From: Clostridia bacterium
GTDB taxonomy: Bacteria; Bacillota; Dehalobacteriia; Dehalobacteriales; Dehalobacteriaceae
Assembly: GCA_012838175.1 (NCBI GenBank)
Contig: DUPU01000107.1
Coordinates: forward strand, 1 to 57,290
Reading direction: 5' to 3'
DNA: 57,290 nt
The position numbers were made by a program, and so were the translations under genes. Numbering within the stretch: the first letter of the stretch is position 1; each line of letters opens with the position of its first letter. The notes beneath the pieces were generated by a model. That model saw only the letters and a list, made by a program, of their open reading frames with translations. It searched no databases and was not told the DNA's origin. Shown here one piece after another: positions 27,748 through 37,340 of the stretch.

Positions 27748-28890
27748 TTAAGCAGACTCTCCCTGATCCTGATATACTGCCCGGCCATTGATAATTACTG
27801 TTTCAATTACGGAATCCCAAGATAAAATATTGCCCTTCACAATAATAATATCTGCATCTTTTCCCTTTGCCAGGCTCCCCACTCGGTGATCCACACCCAG
27901 GATTTCCGCCGGAGTAATGGTAATTGATTTCAGGGCATCTTCTTCCGACATCCCTGCCCGGTAAGCAAAGGCCGCGCACAAAGAAAGATATTGGATCGGA
28001 ATAACCGGATGATCTGTCATTAAAGCTACTTTTACCCCTGCTTGAGCCAATAAACCAGGGGTTCTCCATGTTTTTTCCTTCATTTCCACTTTAGCCCGGT
28101 TAACCAGATGGGGTCCCGAAACTACCGGGATATTGCGCCGGGCTAATTCCGACCCTATCTTATGGCCTTCCGTCCCATGAAGAATAACCAAAGGCATATC
28201 AAATTCCCCGGATATGCGCACTGCCGTCATAATATCATCAGCCCGATGGGCATGAGCATAAAGAGGTATTTCCTTTTTTAACACGCCCACCACAGGTTCC
28301 AGCATCAGATCCCTTTCTTTATGATTAGCCTCGTAATTCTGACCTTTCACAAAAAATTCCCGGAGCATGCCAGCCGTGGCCATACGGGTAGAAGGCGTTT
28401 TCTTTTGTTCTCCGTAACAACGTTTCGGGTTTTCCCCCAATGCTATTTTTAACCCGGCCGGTTCTTTTAAAACCATCTCATCCACTGTTTGACCGAAGGT
28501 TTTTAAAATTACCACCTGGCCGCCGATTACATTTGCACTGCCCGGGGCTACGGCTACAGTGGTCACACCGCCCCGTACAGCATCGGCAAAAGCCAAATCC
28601 TCCGGATTTATCCCGTCTAAAGCGCGCAAATGGGGGGTTATCGGATTAGTAATCTCGTTAAGGTCATCTCCCTCTACCTGATAAACTTCTTCCGCAATGC
28701 CCACATGACAATGGGCGTCAATTAACCCGGGCATGACAACCTTCCCATGTGCATTAATGACTTGAGCCTCTTTTGGAATTAATATATTTTCGCCCATAGC
28801 CACTATTTTCCCCTGATCTATTAACACAGTACCCTTTGGATAGGTCCTGCCTTCCATAGTGAGTATTTTACCATTAGCAACAGCCAGCAT
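27748..28890 (-). CDS. Metal-dependent amidohydrolase family protein
   Basis: 380 aa. PGLIDAHCHVG metal-binding motif and C-terminal GSLAKGKDADIII motif. Confidence 0.85.
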   Translation of the reverse strand: MLAVANGKILTMEGRTYPKGTVLIDQGKIVAMGENILIPKEAQVINAHGKVVMPGLIDAHCHVGIAEEVYQVEGDDLNEITNPITPHLRALDGINPEDLAFADAVRGGVTTVAVAPGSANVIGGQVVILKTFGQTVDEMVLKEPAGLKIALGENPKRCYGEQKKTPSTRMATAGMLREFFVKGQNYEANHKERDLMLEPVVGVLKKEIPLYAHAHRADDIMTAVRISGEFDMPLVILHGTEGHKIGSELARRNIPVVSGPHLVNRAKVEMKEKTWRTPGLLAQAGVKVALMTDHPVIPIQYLSLCAAFAYRAGMSEEDALKSITITPAEILGVDHRVGSLAKGKDADIIIVKGNILSWDSVIETVIINGRAVYQDQGESA

Positions 28891-28966
28891 TCATCTCTAC
28901 CTCCAGGAGAGAATTTCGGCAAAAAAATCGTAAACCCTGCAACAAATGGAGAAATTTCTCCCCCCC

Positions 28967-29040
28967 GTGTCAGGGGACGGTTCTCTGACACGGAAAAATT
29001 CTCCCACCAAAGCGTGTCAAAGAACCGTCCCCTGACACGC
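28967..29040. repeat. Inverted pair of the GTGTCA(A/G)AGAACCGTCCCCTGACAC repeat (25-nt arms, 22-nt spacer)
   Basis: 28967-28991 is the reverse complement of 29014-29038 with one mismatch. Each arm is itself palindromic at its ends (GTGTCAG...CTGACAC). The arm at 29014 supplies the last codons and the stop of the upstream CDS. Confidence 0.85.
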
Positions 29041-29724
29041 TTTGATGAATTCTTGAAACAGACGGTAGCTGCCCAGGTCTTCACGCCAATTACATTCAGG
29101 GTGCCATTGTACTCCCAAGGCAAAGGGATGGTCCTGAGCCTCGATGGCTTCGATCACCCCATCCGAGGCTAATGCGGCTACAATAAATCCCGGCGCGGGA
29201 TCTTTCACCGCCTGGTGATGGAAACTGTTTACCCACCGGTATTCCTGGGGTAAAATACGACTTAATTTAGTCCCCGGTTGAACCTTTAGCGAATGGGTGG
29301 GACATGCCCGAGGTGCTTTTTGATCATGCTTGATTATCTTATCCAATTGGCTGTTAATGTCCTGATAAACAGTCCCTCCCAAGGCCAGGTTTAATACCTG
29401 GCATCCTCGGCATACAGCAAATATGGGCTTTCCTAAAGAAAAAAATTCCCTAGTAAGCAGCAATTCAAATTCATCCCTTTGAGGGGTTATTTCCCCTAAT
29501 CCGGGTACCGGTTCTTCTCCGAACAGGACAGGGTTTACATCTACTCCTCCGGAAAGAATCAGACCGTCCAACAGCTCCAAATACTTTTCTCGTATCATAT
29601 TCCGCTTCAGGGCAGGAAGAAGCAGGGGAACCCCACCTAACCCTTCTACTGCCTGAACATAAAACTGTCGAACAAAAAAATTCAGTTCGTCTTCCCCACA
29701 GGTAATTCCAATGATCGGAATCAA
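29017..29724 (-). CDS. Class I glutamine amidotransferase-like / gamma-glutamyl-GABA hydrolase (peptidase C26) family
   Basis: 235 aa. Nucleophile elbow AVCRGCQ and WHPE histidine motif (GVQWHPE). Confidence 0.85.
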   Translation of the reverse strand: MIPIIGITCGEDELNFFVRQFYVQAVEGLGGVPLLLPALKRNMIREKYLELLDGLILSGGVDVNPVLFGEEPVPGLGEITPQRDEFELLLTREFFSLGKPIFAVCRGCQVLNLALGGTVYQDINSQLDKIIKHDQKAPRACPTHSLKVQPGTKLSRILPQEYRWVNSFHHQAVKDPAPGFIVAALASDGVIEAIEAQDHPFALGVQWHPECNWREDLGSYRLFQEFIKACQGTVL

Positions 29725-29782
29725 AAAAAACCCTCCCTAAATAAATAAGCCAGGCATACTGATAAGCCTGACCTAATTATCT

Positions 29783-30133
29783 TTATATTTCCACTAAACC
29801 TAAACTGATCTCCAAGGCCTTATTTACCCTGTGCATAATCTCATCGCTTAAAACCGCCACCTTATGTTGCAGACGGCTTTTATCTATAGTCCGCACCTGT
29901 TCCGCTAAAATCACGGAATCTTTGTCCAGTCCCGTTTTTTCCTTTGGCAATTCAACATGGGTCGGAAGTTTCGCTTTGTTAATCTGGGATGTAATTGCCA
30001 CCACAATAGTGGTGGGGCTATATTGGTTGCCAATATCATTTTGTACAACTAAAACCGGTCTGGTGCCTCCCTGTTCTGAACCTTGGACCGGATTCAGTTC
30101 AGCAAAAAAAATTTCCCCGCGCCGCACAATCAT
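29783..30133 (-). CDS. mazF: Type II toxin endoribonuclease MazF/EndoA
   Basis: 116 aa. Strong resemblance to B. subtilis EndoA ([30 protein letters not shown]). 4-nt overlap with the antitoxin gene. Confidence 0.93.
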   Translation of the reverse strand: MIVRRGEIFFAELNPVQGSEQGGTRPVLVVQNDIGNQYSPTTIVVAITSQINKAKLPTHVELPKEKTGLDKDSVILAEQVRTIDKSRLQHKVAVLSDEIMHRVNKALEISLGLVEI

Positions 30134-30423
30134 TTGATTTTCTCCACCTGATTATCACTTGATTTTTTAAAGGCTTCATGCTCTACACCGAAACATTCCC
30201 TGGCAATAGACAAATTTATGCTTGCCATTTCTTGGTAGCCTTTTTTCATTTGTTCCTGCATGATACGTCGGCGTCGTTCAATAATATAAAACTTCATCGC
30301 TTCCCGAATAAACTCACTTCTATTCTTGTTTTCAACATTAACTATGCCGTCAAACTCCTGAAGAAGTTGATCAGGGACACTGATCATAATCCTTTTTAAA
30401 TTAGGCACAGGGTACACCTCCAA
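30130..30423 (-). CDS. mazE: Antitoxin EndoAI/MazE (RHH, CopG-like)
   Basis: 97 aa. [16 protein letters not shown]...[10 protein letters not shown] ribbon-helix-helix. Lies between alr and mazF as in Bacillus. Confidence 0.88.
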   Translation of the reverse strand: MEVYPVPNLKRIMISVPDQLLQEFDGIVNVENKNRSEFIREAMKFYIIERRRRIMQEQMKKGYQEMASINLSIARECFGVEHEAFKKSSDNQVEKIK

Positions 30424-30530
30424 AAAGATATATATCTGGAGCTATAAATATTATAGCCCTTTTGCTATATTATTTGCAACTAATCCAAAAATATTTCCTT
30501 CAGGTAAATGATGGTAATTATGCTTCATTA

Positions 30531-31679
30531 TTATGCTTTTTCATCAAAATATATGCGGGGAATTCTTTCACTGAGCATACATATTATTTCGTAATTAATC
30601 GTATTTAACCTTTCGGCAATTTCTTCCACGGAAATACATTCCGTCCCTTGCCGCCCGATAATCACAACCTCGTCTCCAATTTTAACATCCGGTACTTGAG
30701 AAGCATCCACCATAAACTGGTCCATGCAAATGGTACCAACTACAGAAACTCTTTTCCCTCCAAGCAAAACTTCCCCCTGATTGGACAGCTTCCTGGGATA
30801 GCCGTCGGCATAACCTAAGGGTAAAGAAGCTATTATTGCTTCATCCCGGACAAAATATTTCCTGCCGTAACTGATGCTGGTCCCGGCACCTACTTTTTTA
30901 ACAAAAGAAACTTTTGTTTTCAACTCCAGGGCAGGTATCAAATTTATCTTCTTATGATCTACCTCGGATGATGGATACAAACCATATAAAAGAATCCCCG
31001 CCCGTACCATATCAAAATGAGTTTCAGGTAAATCAATAATTGCTGCACTATTGGCAGCATGTTTTAAAGGAATCTTGATTCCTTCTTCCTCCAAGTAAGA
31101 AATGAGTCTGGTAAATTTTTCTAATTGATGCCGGGTAAATGCTTTATCTTTTTCATCAGCAACAGCAAAATGGGTAAAAATCCCTTCCACCTGCAGACCA
31201 TCCAGGCTACAGATTTTTTTAATCAAGCTCATAGTTTCTTTTTGAGGGAGAAAACCGATTCGTCCCATACCCGTATCAATTTTAATATGCACTTTAGCCT
31301 TTTCTCCCCTGGCCAAAGCCTTTTCCGACAAGGCCTGAGCCATTTCCCAGGTAAACACGGTAGCGGTTACCTGATAATCAAGAATTTCTTCCGCCTGATC
31401 CAAGGTGGTAAAGCCCAAAACCAATATGGGAGCATCAATCCCATTTTCCCGAAGTTTTACCGCTTCATCAAGAATCGCCACACCCAAATAATCCGCCCCG
31501 TTATTAAGTGCGGTGCGGGAAATTTTAACCGCCCCGTGGCCGTAGCCGTTAGCCTTTACAATAGCCATAATCTTTGCATCCGGTTTGACAATTCGTCGAA
31601 TTTCCCTGACATTATGGGCAACGGCTCCTAAATTTACTTCCGCCCACACAGGCCGCCGGTTAATACTCTTTAAAGTCAT
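30531..31679 (-). CDS. alr: Alanine racemase
   Basis: 382 aa. PLP-lysine motif AIVKANGYGHG. Confidence 0.95.
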   Translation of the reverse strand: MTLKSINRRPVWAEVNLGAVAHNVREIRRIVKPDAKIMAIVKANGYGHGAVKISRTALNNGADYLGVAILDEAVKLRENGIDAPILVLGFTTLDQAEEILDYQVTATVFTWEMAQALSEKALARGEKAKVHIKIDTGMGRIGFLPQKETMSLIKKICSLDGLQVEGIFTHFAVADEKDKAFTRHQLEKFTRLISYLEEEGIKIPLKHAANSAAIIDLPETHFDMVRAGILLYGLYPSSEVDHKKINLIPALELKTKVSFVKKVGAGTSISYGRKYFVRDEAIIASLPLGYADGYPRKLSNQGEVLLGGKRVSVVGTICMDQFMVDASQVPDVKIGDEVVIIGRQGTECISVEEIAERLNTINYEIICMLSERIPRIYFDEKA

Positions 31680-31682
31680 TAA

Positions 31683-33251
31683 TCATCCCTCAAGTTCTAA
31701 AAATACATCCGGCACATATTCAATTAAATCTCCCGCCGCCAGGCCGGTCTGACTGATGCGGCGGATAGCCAAATCCCCTGCCCGCCCGTGGACATATGCG
31801 GCTAAAGCCGCTGCTTGTTCCGCCTTTATTCCCTGGGCCAAAAAAGCCCCAATCATGCCGGCCAAAACATCACCGCTTCCTCCGGTAGCCATACCCGGGT
31901 TTCCGGTTGGATTAACATAGAGTTTCCCCTCCGGTGTAGCCACCAAGGTCTTTGCCCCTTTTAACACCACCACTGCATGCCACTTTTGGGCTCCTTCCAA
32001 AGCATAGTCTACCCTGCTTTTCTGAATTTCCTCCGTAGTTTTCCCCATCAAACGGGCCATTTCTCCCGGGTGAGGGGTGAATACCACCTGATATTTACTT
32101 TCCCTGATTTTCCCTATACTATCCTCATCATGGGCCAAGGCAAAAAGAGCATCGGCATCAAAAACCGTCGGGCAAGGCAACTCTCCGGCAAATGCCCGCA
32201 CAATTTCCTGGGTCTCTTTTTGGCGGGACAATCCCGGCCCCAAAACGGCCACCTTGTTGGCGACACTTTTTCTGATAGGTTCTAAAGCAGATAATGACAG
32301 AGTACCCTCTCCCGTTTCCGGTAAAGGTATGGACATAGCTTCCGTCAATTTTGTTTCAATGATATGATTTAAGCCTTCCGGCACCATAGCCGTGACCAAA
32401 CCCGCCCCCGACCGCACTGACGCCCAAGCTGCCAAGGTTACCGCACCGGTCATGCCGGGAGAGCCTCCGATTACCATCACATGGCCATAAGATCCCTTAT
32501 GACTGTCGATGCTTCGCATCGGCAAAAAAGTCCGGCATAGTTCTTGGTCCAATAAATAACGGTTGAACTGATATTTCTTAAACAGTCCCCGTGGAAAAGA
32601 TATATCTGCCGTCAGGAGCTTTCCCACATAACGCGCTCCCGGTTCCAATACCAGGCAGATTTTCGGCAGCCCCATGGTCACGGTATAATCCGCCTTTATG
32701 CAAGGCCCATGCACCCGGCCGGTATCCGCTTCCAAACCCGAGGGAAGATCAATGGCTACCACCGGCTTTCCTGCCTCATTTACCAAATCAATAAGTTTGC
32801 CGGTAATCCCTTGGGCTTTTCCTTTAAATCCCGTGCCGAAAATACCGTCTACCACCAGCTCGGTATACATAAGACCTACTTTTACCACATTCAGGTCTCT
32901 TTCCGTCAAGATTAATTGATAACGGATGTTCATCTTTCTTATTATGTTCCAGTTGGTAAGGGCATCTCCTTTTAACTCTTCCGGCTTACACAACAAAAAT
33001 ATTTTCACGTCACACCCGGCATTGAACAGATGTCGGGCTACAACAAAGCCATCCCCACCGTTGTTGCCCTTCCCGGCAAAAACCAGGACTCTTTTTTGGG
33101 CCAGACCACCGGAAAAATGGCCTTTAATCACATCCACTACCGCCAATCCGGCATTTTCCATTAAGACAACCCCGGGAATTCCATAATCGTTAATAGCTTT
33201 TTCATCAATAAGTTTCATCTCTTCCCCTGTGACCAGATACATCTTGTTCAC
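31683..33251 (-). CDS. nnr: Bifunctional NAD(P)H-hydrate repair enzyme Nnr (epimerase + ADP-dependent dehydratase)
   Basis: 522 aa. N-terminal YjeF_N (GKGNNGGDG) and C-terminal carbohydrate-kinase domain (GGSGDVLAG). Confidence 0.92.
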   Translation of the reverse strand: MNKMYLVTGEEMKLIDEKAINDYGIPGVVLMENAGLAVVDVIKGHFSGGLAQKRVLVFAGKGNNGGDGFVVARHLFNAGCDVKIFLLCKPEELKGDALTNWNIIRKMNIRYQLILTERDLNVVKVGLMYTELVVDGIFGTGFKGKAQGITGKLIDLVNEAGKPVVAIDLPSGLEADTGRVHGPCIKADYTVTMGLPKICLVLEPGARYVGKLLTADISFPRGLFKKYQFNRYLLDQELCRTFLPMRSIDSHKGSYGHVMVIGGSPGMTGAVTLAAWASVRSGAGLVTAMVPEGLNHIIETKLTEAMSIPLPETGEGTLSLSALEPIRKSVANKVAVLGPGLSRQKETQEIVRAFAGELPCPTVFDADALFALAHDEDSIGKIRESKYQVVFTPHPGEMARLMGKTTEEIQKSRVDYALEGAQKWHAVVVLKGAKTLVATPEGKLYVNPTGNPGMATGGSGDVLAGMIGAFLAQGIKAEQAAALAAYVHGRAGDLAIRRISQTGLAAGDLIEYVPDVFLELEG

Positions 33252-33618
33252 TCCCTTCCGCTACACAAAATGCCACCCCATAATCCTTACTGTGTGACAT
33301 GGTTACCTCCAATTTGGCAATACCAAGCTCCTTGGCTATTTCCCAAGCCTTTCCATGGAGGATGACCAACGGTTTATCCAGGGAATCGGCCAGGATTTCA
33401 ATTTCCTGCCACCTAAAGCCCCGAAAGCCGGTACCGAAGGCCTTTGCCACGGCTTCCTTAGCGGCAAACCTCACTGCTAAGGAGGCAAAGAAATCTTGTT
33501 TATCCCGGCAAAGCGCTATTTCCTTTTCCGTATATACCCGCCTAAGAAAGGAATCCCTGCGGGCAGCATTTTTTATCCGGGATATCTCAATAATATCCGT
33601 CCCCAATCCGTAAATCAT
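33205..33618 (-). CDS. acpS: Holo-[acyl-carrier-protein] synthase
   Basis: 137 aa. MIYGLGTDIIEISRI...FAAKEAVAKA. Confidence 0.92.
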   Translation of the reverse strand: MIYGLGTDIIEISRIKNAARRDSFLRRVYTEKEIALCRDKQDFFASLAVRFAAKEAVAKAFGTGFRGFRWQEIEILADSLDKPLVILHGKAWEIAKELGIAKLEVTMSHSKDYGVAFCVAEGSEQDVSGHRGRDETY

Positions 33619-33748
33619 TTTTTCACTTCTCTCTCGGTAACTACACCCAATTATACCATGTGTTGAAAGCTACGTAAATTTTGATATTTATTTTAATCTT
33701 GGCCGAGAAATTCAGGCAGATTTTTATTAATAGATTAGGATAGGGCGG

Positions 33749-33856
33749 CTATAAGCCGCCCACTCTTTTACACCACCGTATATGCCGTAGATTTTCCCCA
33801 CGTTTTTTATATTGGCTTGCGGCTTTATTATTGGGGGGCTGATTCCTTTTTGACAT
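33749..33856 (-). CDS. Possible 35-aa basic small protein
   Basis: GAGGTG RBS 6 nt before the ATG. Translation: MSKRNQPPNNKAASQYKKRGENLRHIRWCKRVGGL. The stop lies inside the hairpin GGGCGGCTTATAGCCGCCC. No homology assessable by eye. Confidence 0.25.
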   Translation of the reverse strand: MSKRNQPPNNKAASQYKKRGENLRHIRWCKRVGGL

Positions 33857-34028
33857 AACCATCACCTCAAACCTATTCTTTCCCTGGCAAAAAAATAATG
33901 CAGGCTCTTGAATTTAAATTTTTCTTTTATGAAATACTAAGGGAAAACATTTTTGAGGATCTCCGTATTATGGGAGCATTAATGGGTTATTATATTAAGA
34001 GACTATCTAATTTAGCGGTGCATAATTC

Positions 34029-34550
34029 ATGACAAAAGACACGATTATTCTAGGTGCCCTTGCCGGTCTTCTTGCTAACATTCCAAAAACCATCATCGCC
34101 TGGGTTTTTCATTCTTTTGGTCTGCTAAGATACACTTTTATTCATATCGCCGCGGGGTATTTTGTCCCAGCGGAATTTATTGATAACCCGATATCTTTAC
34201 TAACCGGCTTTATCGCCGACTATACTGCTGCTGCCTTTTTTGGTGTCATTATGTTGCTGATTATAAAAAAATCCGGAACAGATTATGCGGAATTAAAAGG
34301 ATTAGGAATAGGAGCTTTTTTATATATTATTTTTTATGGAGCGTTTATGGCCCTTGATATTACCAGAGCCAGCCTCTTAACCCCTTTACCAAATTTGTTG
34401 CTGTTTTTTCCCCATCTAGTTTACGGCGCTGCAACATGTTGGATTATTAAAAAATATATCCAAAAACAGCAGAAAAAACAAAGATCACAGCCTGGGTTTC
34501 ACCCGTTACCGGCAAAAAAAATACTGAAGATGCGAAAAAAAATTAAATAA
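34029..34550 (+). CDS. Integral membrane protein, unknown function
   Basis: 173 aa. About 5 hydrophobic helices and a lysine-rich C-terminal tail. Confidence 0.55.
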   Translation: MTKDTIILGALAGLLANIPKTIIAWVFHSFGLLRYTFIHIAAGYFVPAEFIDNPISLLTGFIADYTAAAFFGVIMLLIIKKSGTDYAELKGLGIGAFLYIIFYGAFMALDITRASLLTPLPNLLLFFPHLVYGAATCWIIKKYIQKQQKKQRSQPGFHPLPAKKILKMRKKIK

Positions 34551-34660
34551 TAAAGATGCCAAACTATAGCCCATGCCGGGCGCACCCAAAAAAGAAACCC
34601 TGCATTTAGGGTTTCTTTGCTAAAATCATGCTAAAAATTGTCCTTCACTAAAAAAACTTT

Positions 34661-34921
34661 CTATTTGCAGCCGCAAATATTGGAAATCCTTATATCCATG
34701 GTGAAGTGGCACACTTCATCCATCTTTTCATATATATCCTTGATAAGACTGATTATTTTACTGCTCTCTCCCCTTACTGTTGTGGACAGAATCCCCACGC
34801 TATACTCCAATTGATGCAACCTGATTATGTCCAAAACCTTGTTTACATCTTGGATATAGTCATCGCTTTGTATGGGGATAAAGGATATTTCGCAGGATGC
34901 TATTTTCTCCACAGGGCGCAT
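34661..34921 (-). CDS. DUF77/MTH1187/YkoF-like (thiamine-binding fold) small protein
   Basis: 86 aa. The pattern CEISFIPIQSDDYIQDVNKVLDII...LEYSVGILSTTVRGE resembles the DUF77 ferredoxin-like fold. Overlaps the methyltransferase 3' end by 22 nt. Confidence 0.55.
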   Translation of the reverse strand: MRPVEKIASCEISFIPIQSDDYIQDVNKVLDIIRLHQLEYSVGILSTTVRGESSKIISLIKDIYEKMDEVCHFTMDIRISNICGCK

Positions 34922-35589
34922 ATATACCCTCCTTTCGTCTTTCCGGCCAGCTTCTGCTCATTTTGCAAATTAAACTCTTCTTCCTTAGCACTGGGAGGTA
35001 TAAACAAACACTCGCCGGTACCAATTAAATTTTCTTTCTTCCAGCTTTTCATCTCTTCCAGGGTCTTGAAATGAGCATACTTAAAGACGCTGTTTTCCCG
35101 GACCTCCTCAGACAGATAAAACCGGCCCCAGCTGCTTTCTCTGCTGATCGTACCTACCAGAACCTGACCGCCTTTTTTAACCACCCTGAAAAGTTCATCC
35201 AATGCTTTTTCCGGCTGGGCAATGAATTCAAAGGCCGCCATGGAGAATACCCCATCAAACTGCTCATCTGCAAATTTTAGATTATAAGCATCCATAAGGT
35301 AAAAGTCTATATGGTAGCCTGCCTTCTCGGCCTTTTTGCGTGCAATATCCAACATTTTGTCGGATATGTCAATACCAGTAACTTTACAGCCCATTTCAGC
35401 CAGTTTAATGCTGAAATTTCCGGTACCGCATCCAATGTCAAGTATGTTCATCCCTTTTTCCACCTTGAAAAGCTTAAATGCCAGATCAGTTTCTACCTTA
35501 TCTATAAAGCTTCCTTTGCTGTCTTCATACCACCGGTCATAGGAATCAGCGATTGCATCAAATACAGCCATTTTCTTCCTCCCCTTCAT
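34900..35589 (-). CDS. Class I SAM-dependent methyltransferase
   Basis: 229 aa. Motif I ILDIGCGTGNFS. The start may be M7 (35571). Overlaps the upstream ATPase gene. Confidence 0.85.
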   Translation of the reverse strand: MKGRKKMAVFDAIADSYDRWYEDSKGSFIDKVETDLAFKLFKVEKGMNILDIGCGTGNFSIKLAEMGCKVTGIDISDKMLDIARKKAEKAGYHIDFYLMDAYNLKFADEQFDGVFSMAAFEFIAQPEKALDELFRVVKKGGQVLVGTISRESSWGRFYLSEEVRENSVFKYAHFKTLEEMKSWKKENLIGTGECLFIPPSAKEEEFNLQNEQKLAGKTKGGYICALWRK

Positions 35590-36340
35590 CCAGTAAGCTC
35601 AAAATATGCCTCTTAATACGGTTAAAATTTTCTGTAGTAACTATTTTTCTTTCTCTGGGCTTAGGCAGATCTATGATAATTTCTTCCTTGATCCTGGCCG
35701 GCCTGTTAGATAAAACATAAATCCTATCCGAAAGAAAAACCGCTTCTTCAATATCATGGGTAATAAACAGTATAGATGTCTTCAGGTTCTCTAAAATACC
35801 AAGGAGCCAGCAGTGCATTTTGGAGCGAGTTATCGCGTCAAGCCCGCCAAAAGGCTCATCCAGAAGCATAATATCCCTTGAAAACATATAAGTCCGCAGA
35901 AGAGCCGCTCTCTGCCTCATACCCCCTGAAAGCTGAAAGGGATACTTCTCCTCAAAACCTTCCAGTCCAAAAACTTTAAAATAGTCCTTAACCTTTTCTC
36001 TGGCTTGCTTTTTGCCCTGCCCCTTCAACAAAAAAGGAATGGCCACGTTGTCTATAATCTTTTTCCATGGCATCAAAAGGTCCTTTTGATACATGTAACT
36101 AACTCTTCCTGTCTTCCCGGTATAATTTTTGCCTTCTATGAACACCTCGCCGGCATCAGGCATCACCAGCCCGGAAATAATATTAAAAACAGTGCTTTTT
36201 CCGCTGCCGCTTAAACCAAGAAGGGATACAAACTCAATTTCATATAGCTCAAGGGATACGTCTTCTATCACCGCTGTATCCCCAAAGGTTTTCTTAATAT
36301 TCTTTACCGAGAGCTTCAGATTATCACGGCAGGTATTCAT
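35558..36340 (-). CDS. thiZ: ABC transporter ATP-binding protein (NitT/TauT family; ThiZ-like)
   Basis: 260 aa. Walker A GLSGSGKST, signature LSGGMRQR, Walker B MLLDEP. Confidence 0.85.
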   Translation of the reverse strand: MNTCRDNLKLSVKNIKKTFGDTAVIEDVSLELYEIEFVSLLGLSGSGKSTVFNIISGLVMPDAGEVFIEGKNYTGKTGRVSYMYQKDLLMPWKKIIDNVAIPFLLKGQGKKQAREKVKDYFKVFGLEGFEEKYPFQLSGGMRQRAALLRTYMFSRDIMLLDEPFGGLDAITRSKMHCWLLGILENLKTSILFITHDIEEAVFLSDRIYVLSNRPARIKEEIIIDLPKPRERKIVTTENFNRIKRHILSLLDEGEEENGCI

Positions 36341-37337
36341 TGGTAAATGCCTCTTTTACATCCAATTCTCTTTCTATCAGTCCATTATCATACATCCAGT
36401 TTCCATATGTCTCCCAGACTTCCGTCTTCATTTCTCCCCATCTTGCCGCATCTGCGATATACTCCTCTGCAAGGTATTTCTGACTGGCTACGGCAAGGTT
36501 CTTATCAATTTCAGGAGCAAATTTCAGCAGTGACTCCACCGCTTCTTCCGGGTTGTCTATGGCAAATTCATAACCCTTTGCCGTTGCTCTAAGGAATTTT
36601 TTCACCAGATCCGGATCTTGTTTTATTAAATCTTCATGGGCAATTATTACAGGTGTATAAAAATCCAGTGCCGGTTCCACATCCTGGAGCTTAATAAAGT
36701 TAATCGGAATCCCCCTTATCTCGGCTGCTACGCCATCCCACCCATAATAGATCCAGGCAAAATCAACTTCCTTCTCTGTAGCTGAAAAGAAGTCGGCTGC
36801 ACCTATATCCACCATCTGTACTGTGTTAAAATCAGACCCCGCCTTTTTCATTAACCCTTTAATAATGGCTTCCTCTATCGGAGAACCCCACCCGCCGTAT
36901 TTTTTTCCTGCAAAGTCCGCCGGGCTTTTGATTCCCTTTTCTACCGGTGACGCAAAACCTGATGTATTATGCTGGATAATCGCCGCAATTGCTTTTACCG
37001 GAAGAGGATTGTCCGCTGTTCTGGCATAAGTGACTTGTTCCTGATAGCTGATGCCGAATTCCCCCTGGTTTGCAGCGATAAGATCTGCACTTCCCCCTTC
37101 TGAAGGCTGGATGATATTTACATCCAATCCCTCTTCGGCGTAGTATCCTTTATCCTTTGCCACATACATGCCGGTATGATTTGTATTCGGAACCCAATCC
37201 AAGAGAACGGTCATTTTTCTTAACTCAATCTTTTCCGCTTGCTCATCTTCCTGAGCTTTATTGCCTGAAGTACACCCGGAAAAGATAAAAACTGCCATCA
37301 AAATCATAACAATAATTAACGATAATTTTTTTATCAT
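36324..37337 (-). CDS. thiY: ABC transporter substrate-binding lipoprotein, NMT1/THI5-like (ThiY-like pyrimidine precursor binding)
   Basis: 337 aa. Lipobox FSGC. NMT1/THI5-like sequence (LDWVPNTNHTGMYVA). Lies in a TPP-riboswitch operon. Confidence 0.8.
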   Translation of the reverse strand: MIKKLSLIIVMILMAVFIFSGCTSGNKAQEDEQAEKIELRKMTVLLDWVPNTNHTGMYVAKDKGYYAEEGLDVNIIQPSEGGSADLIAANQGEFGISYQEQVTYARTADNPLPVKAIAAIIQHNTSGFASPVEKGIKSPADFAGKKYGGWGSPIEEAIIKGLMKKAGSDFNTVQMVDIGAADFFSATEKEVDFAWIYYGWDGVAAEIRGIPINFIKLQDVEPALDFYTPVIIAHEDLIKQDPDLVKKFLRATAKGYEFAIDNPEEAVESLLKFAPEIDKNLAVASQKYLAEEYIADAARWGEMKTEVWETYGNWMYDNGLIERELDVKEAFTNEYLP

Positions 37338-37340
37338 ATT

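Noticed and set aside
28821-29123. 100-aa minus-strand ORF and the 67-aa ORF at 15755..15958
   Set aside because: Both are seeded by or run through the palindromic repeat copies (translations contain RVRGRFFDT / CQRTVPCH) and overlap well-supported genes. They are artefacts of the repeat.
29783-30423. mazEF as a marker of a mobile or defence island
   Set aside because: The alr-mazE-mazF arrangement, with acpS and nnr upstream, is the conserved chromosomal arrangement known from Bacillus (acpS...alr-ndoAI-ndoA). No integrase, transposase or compositional break lies next to it.
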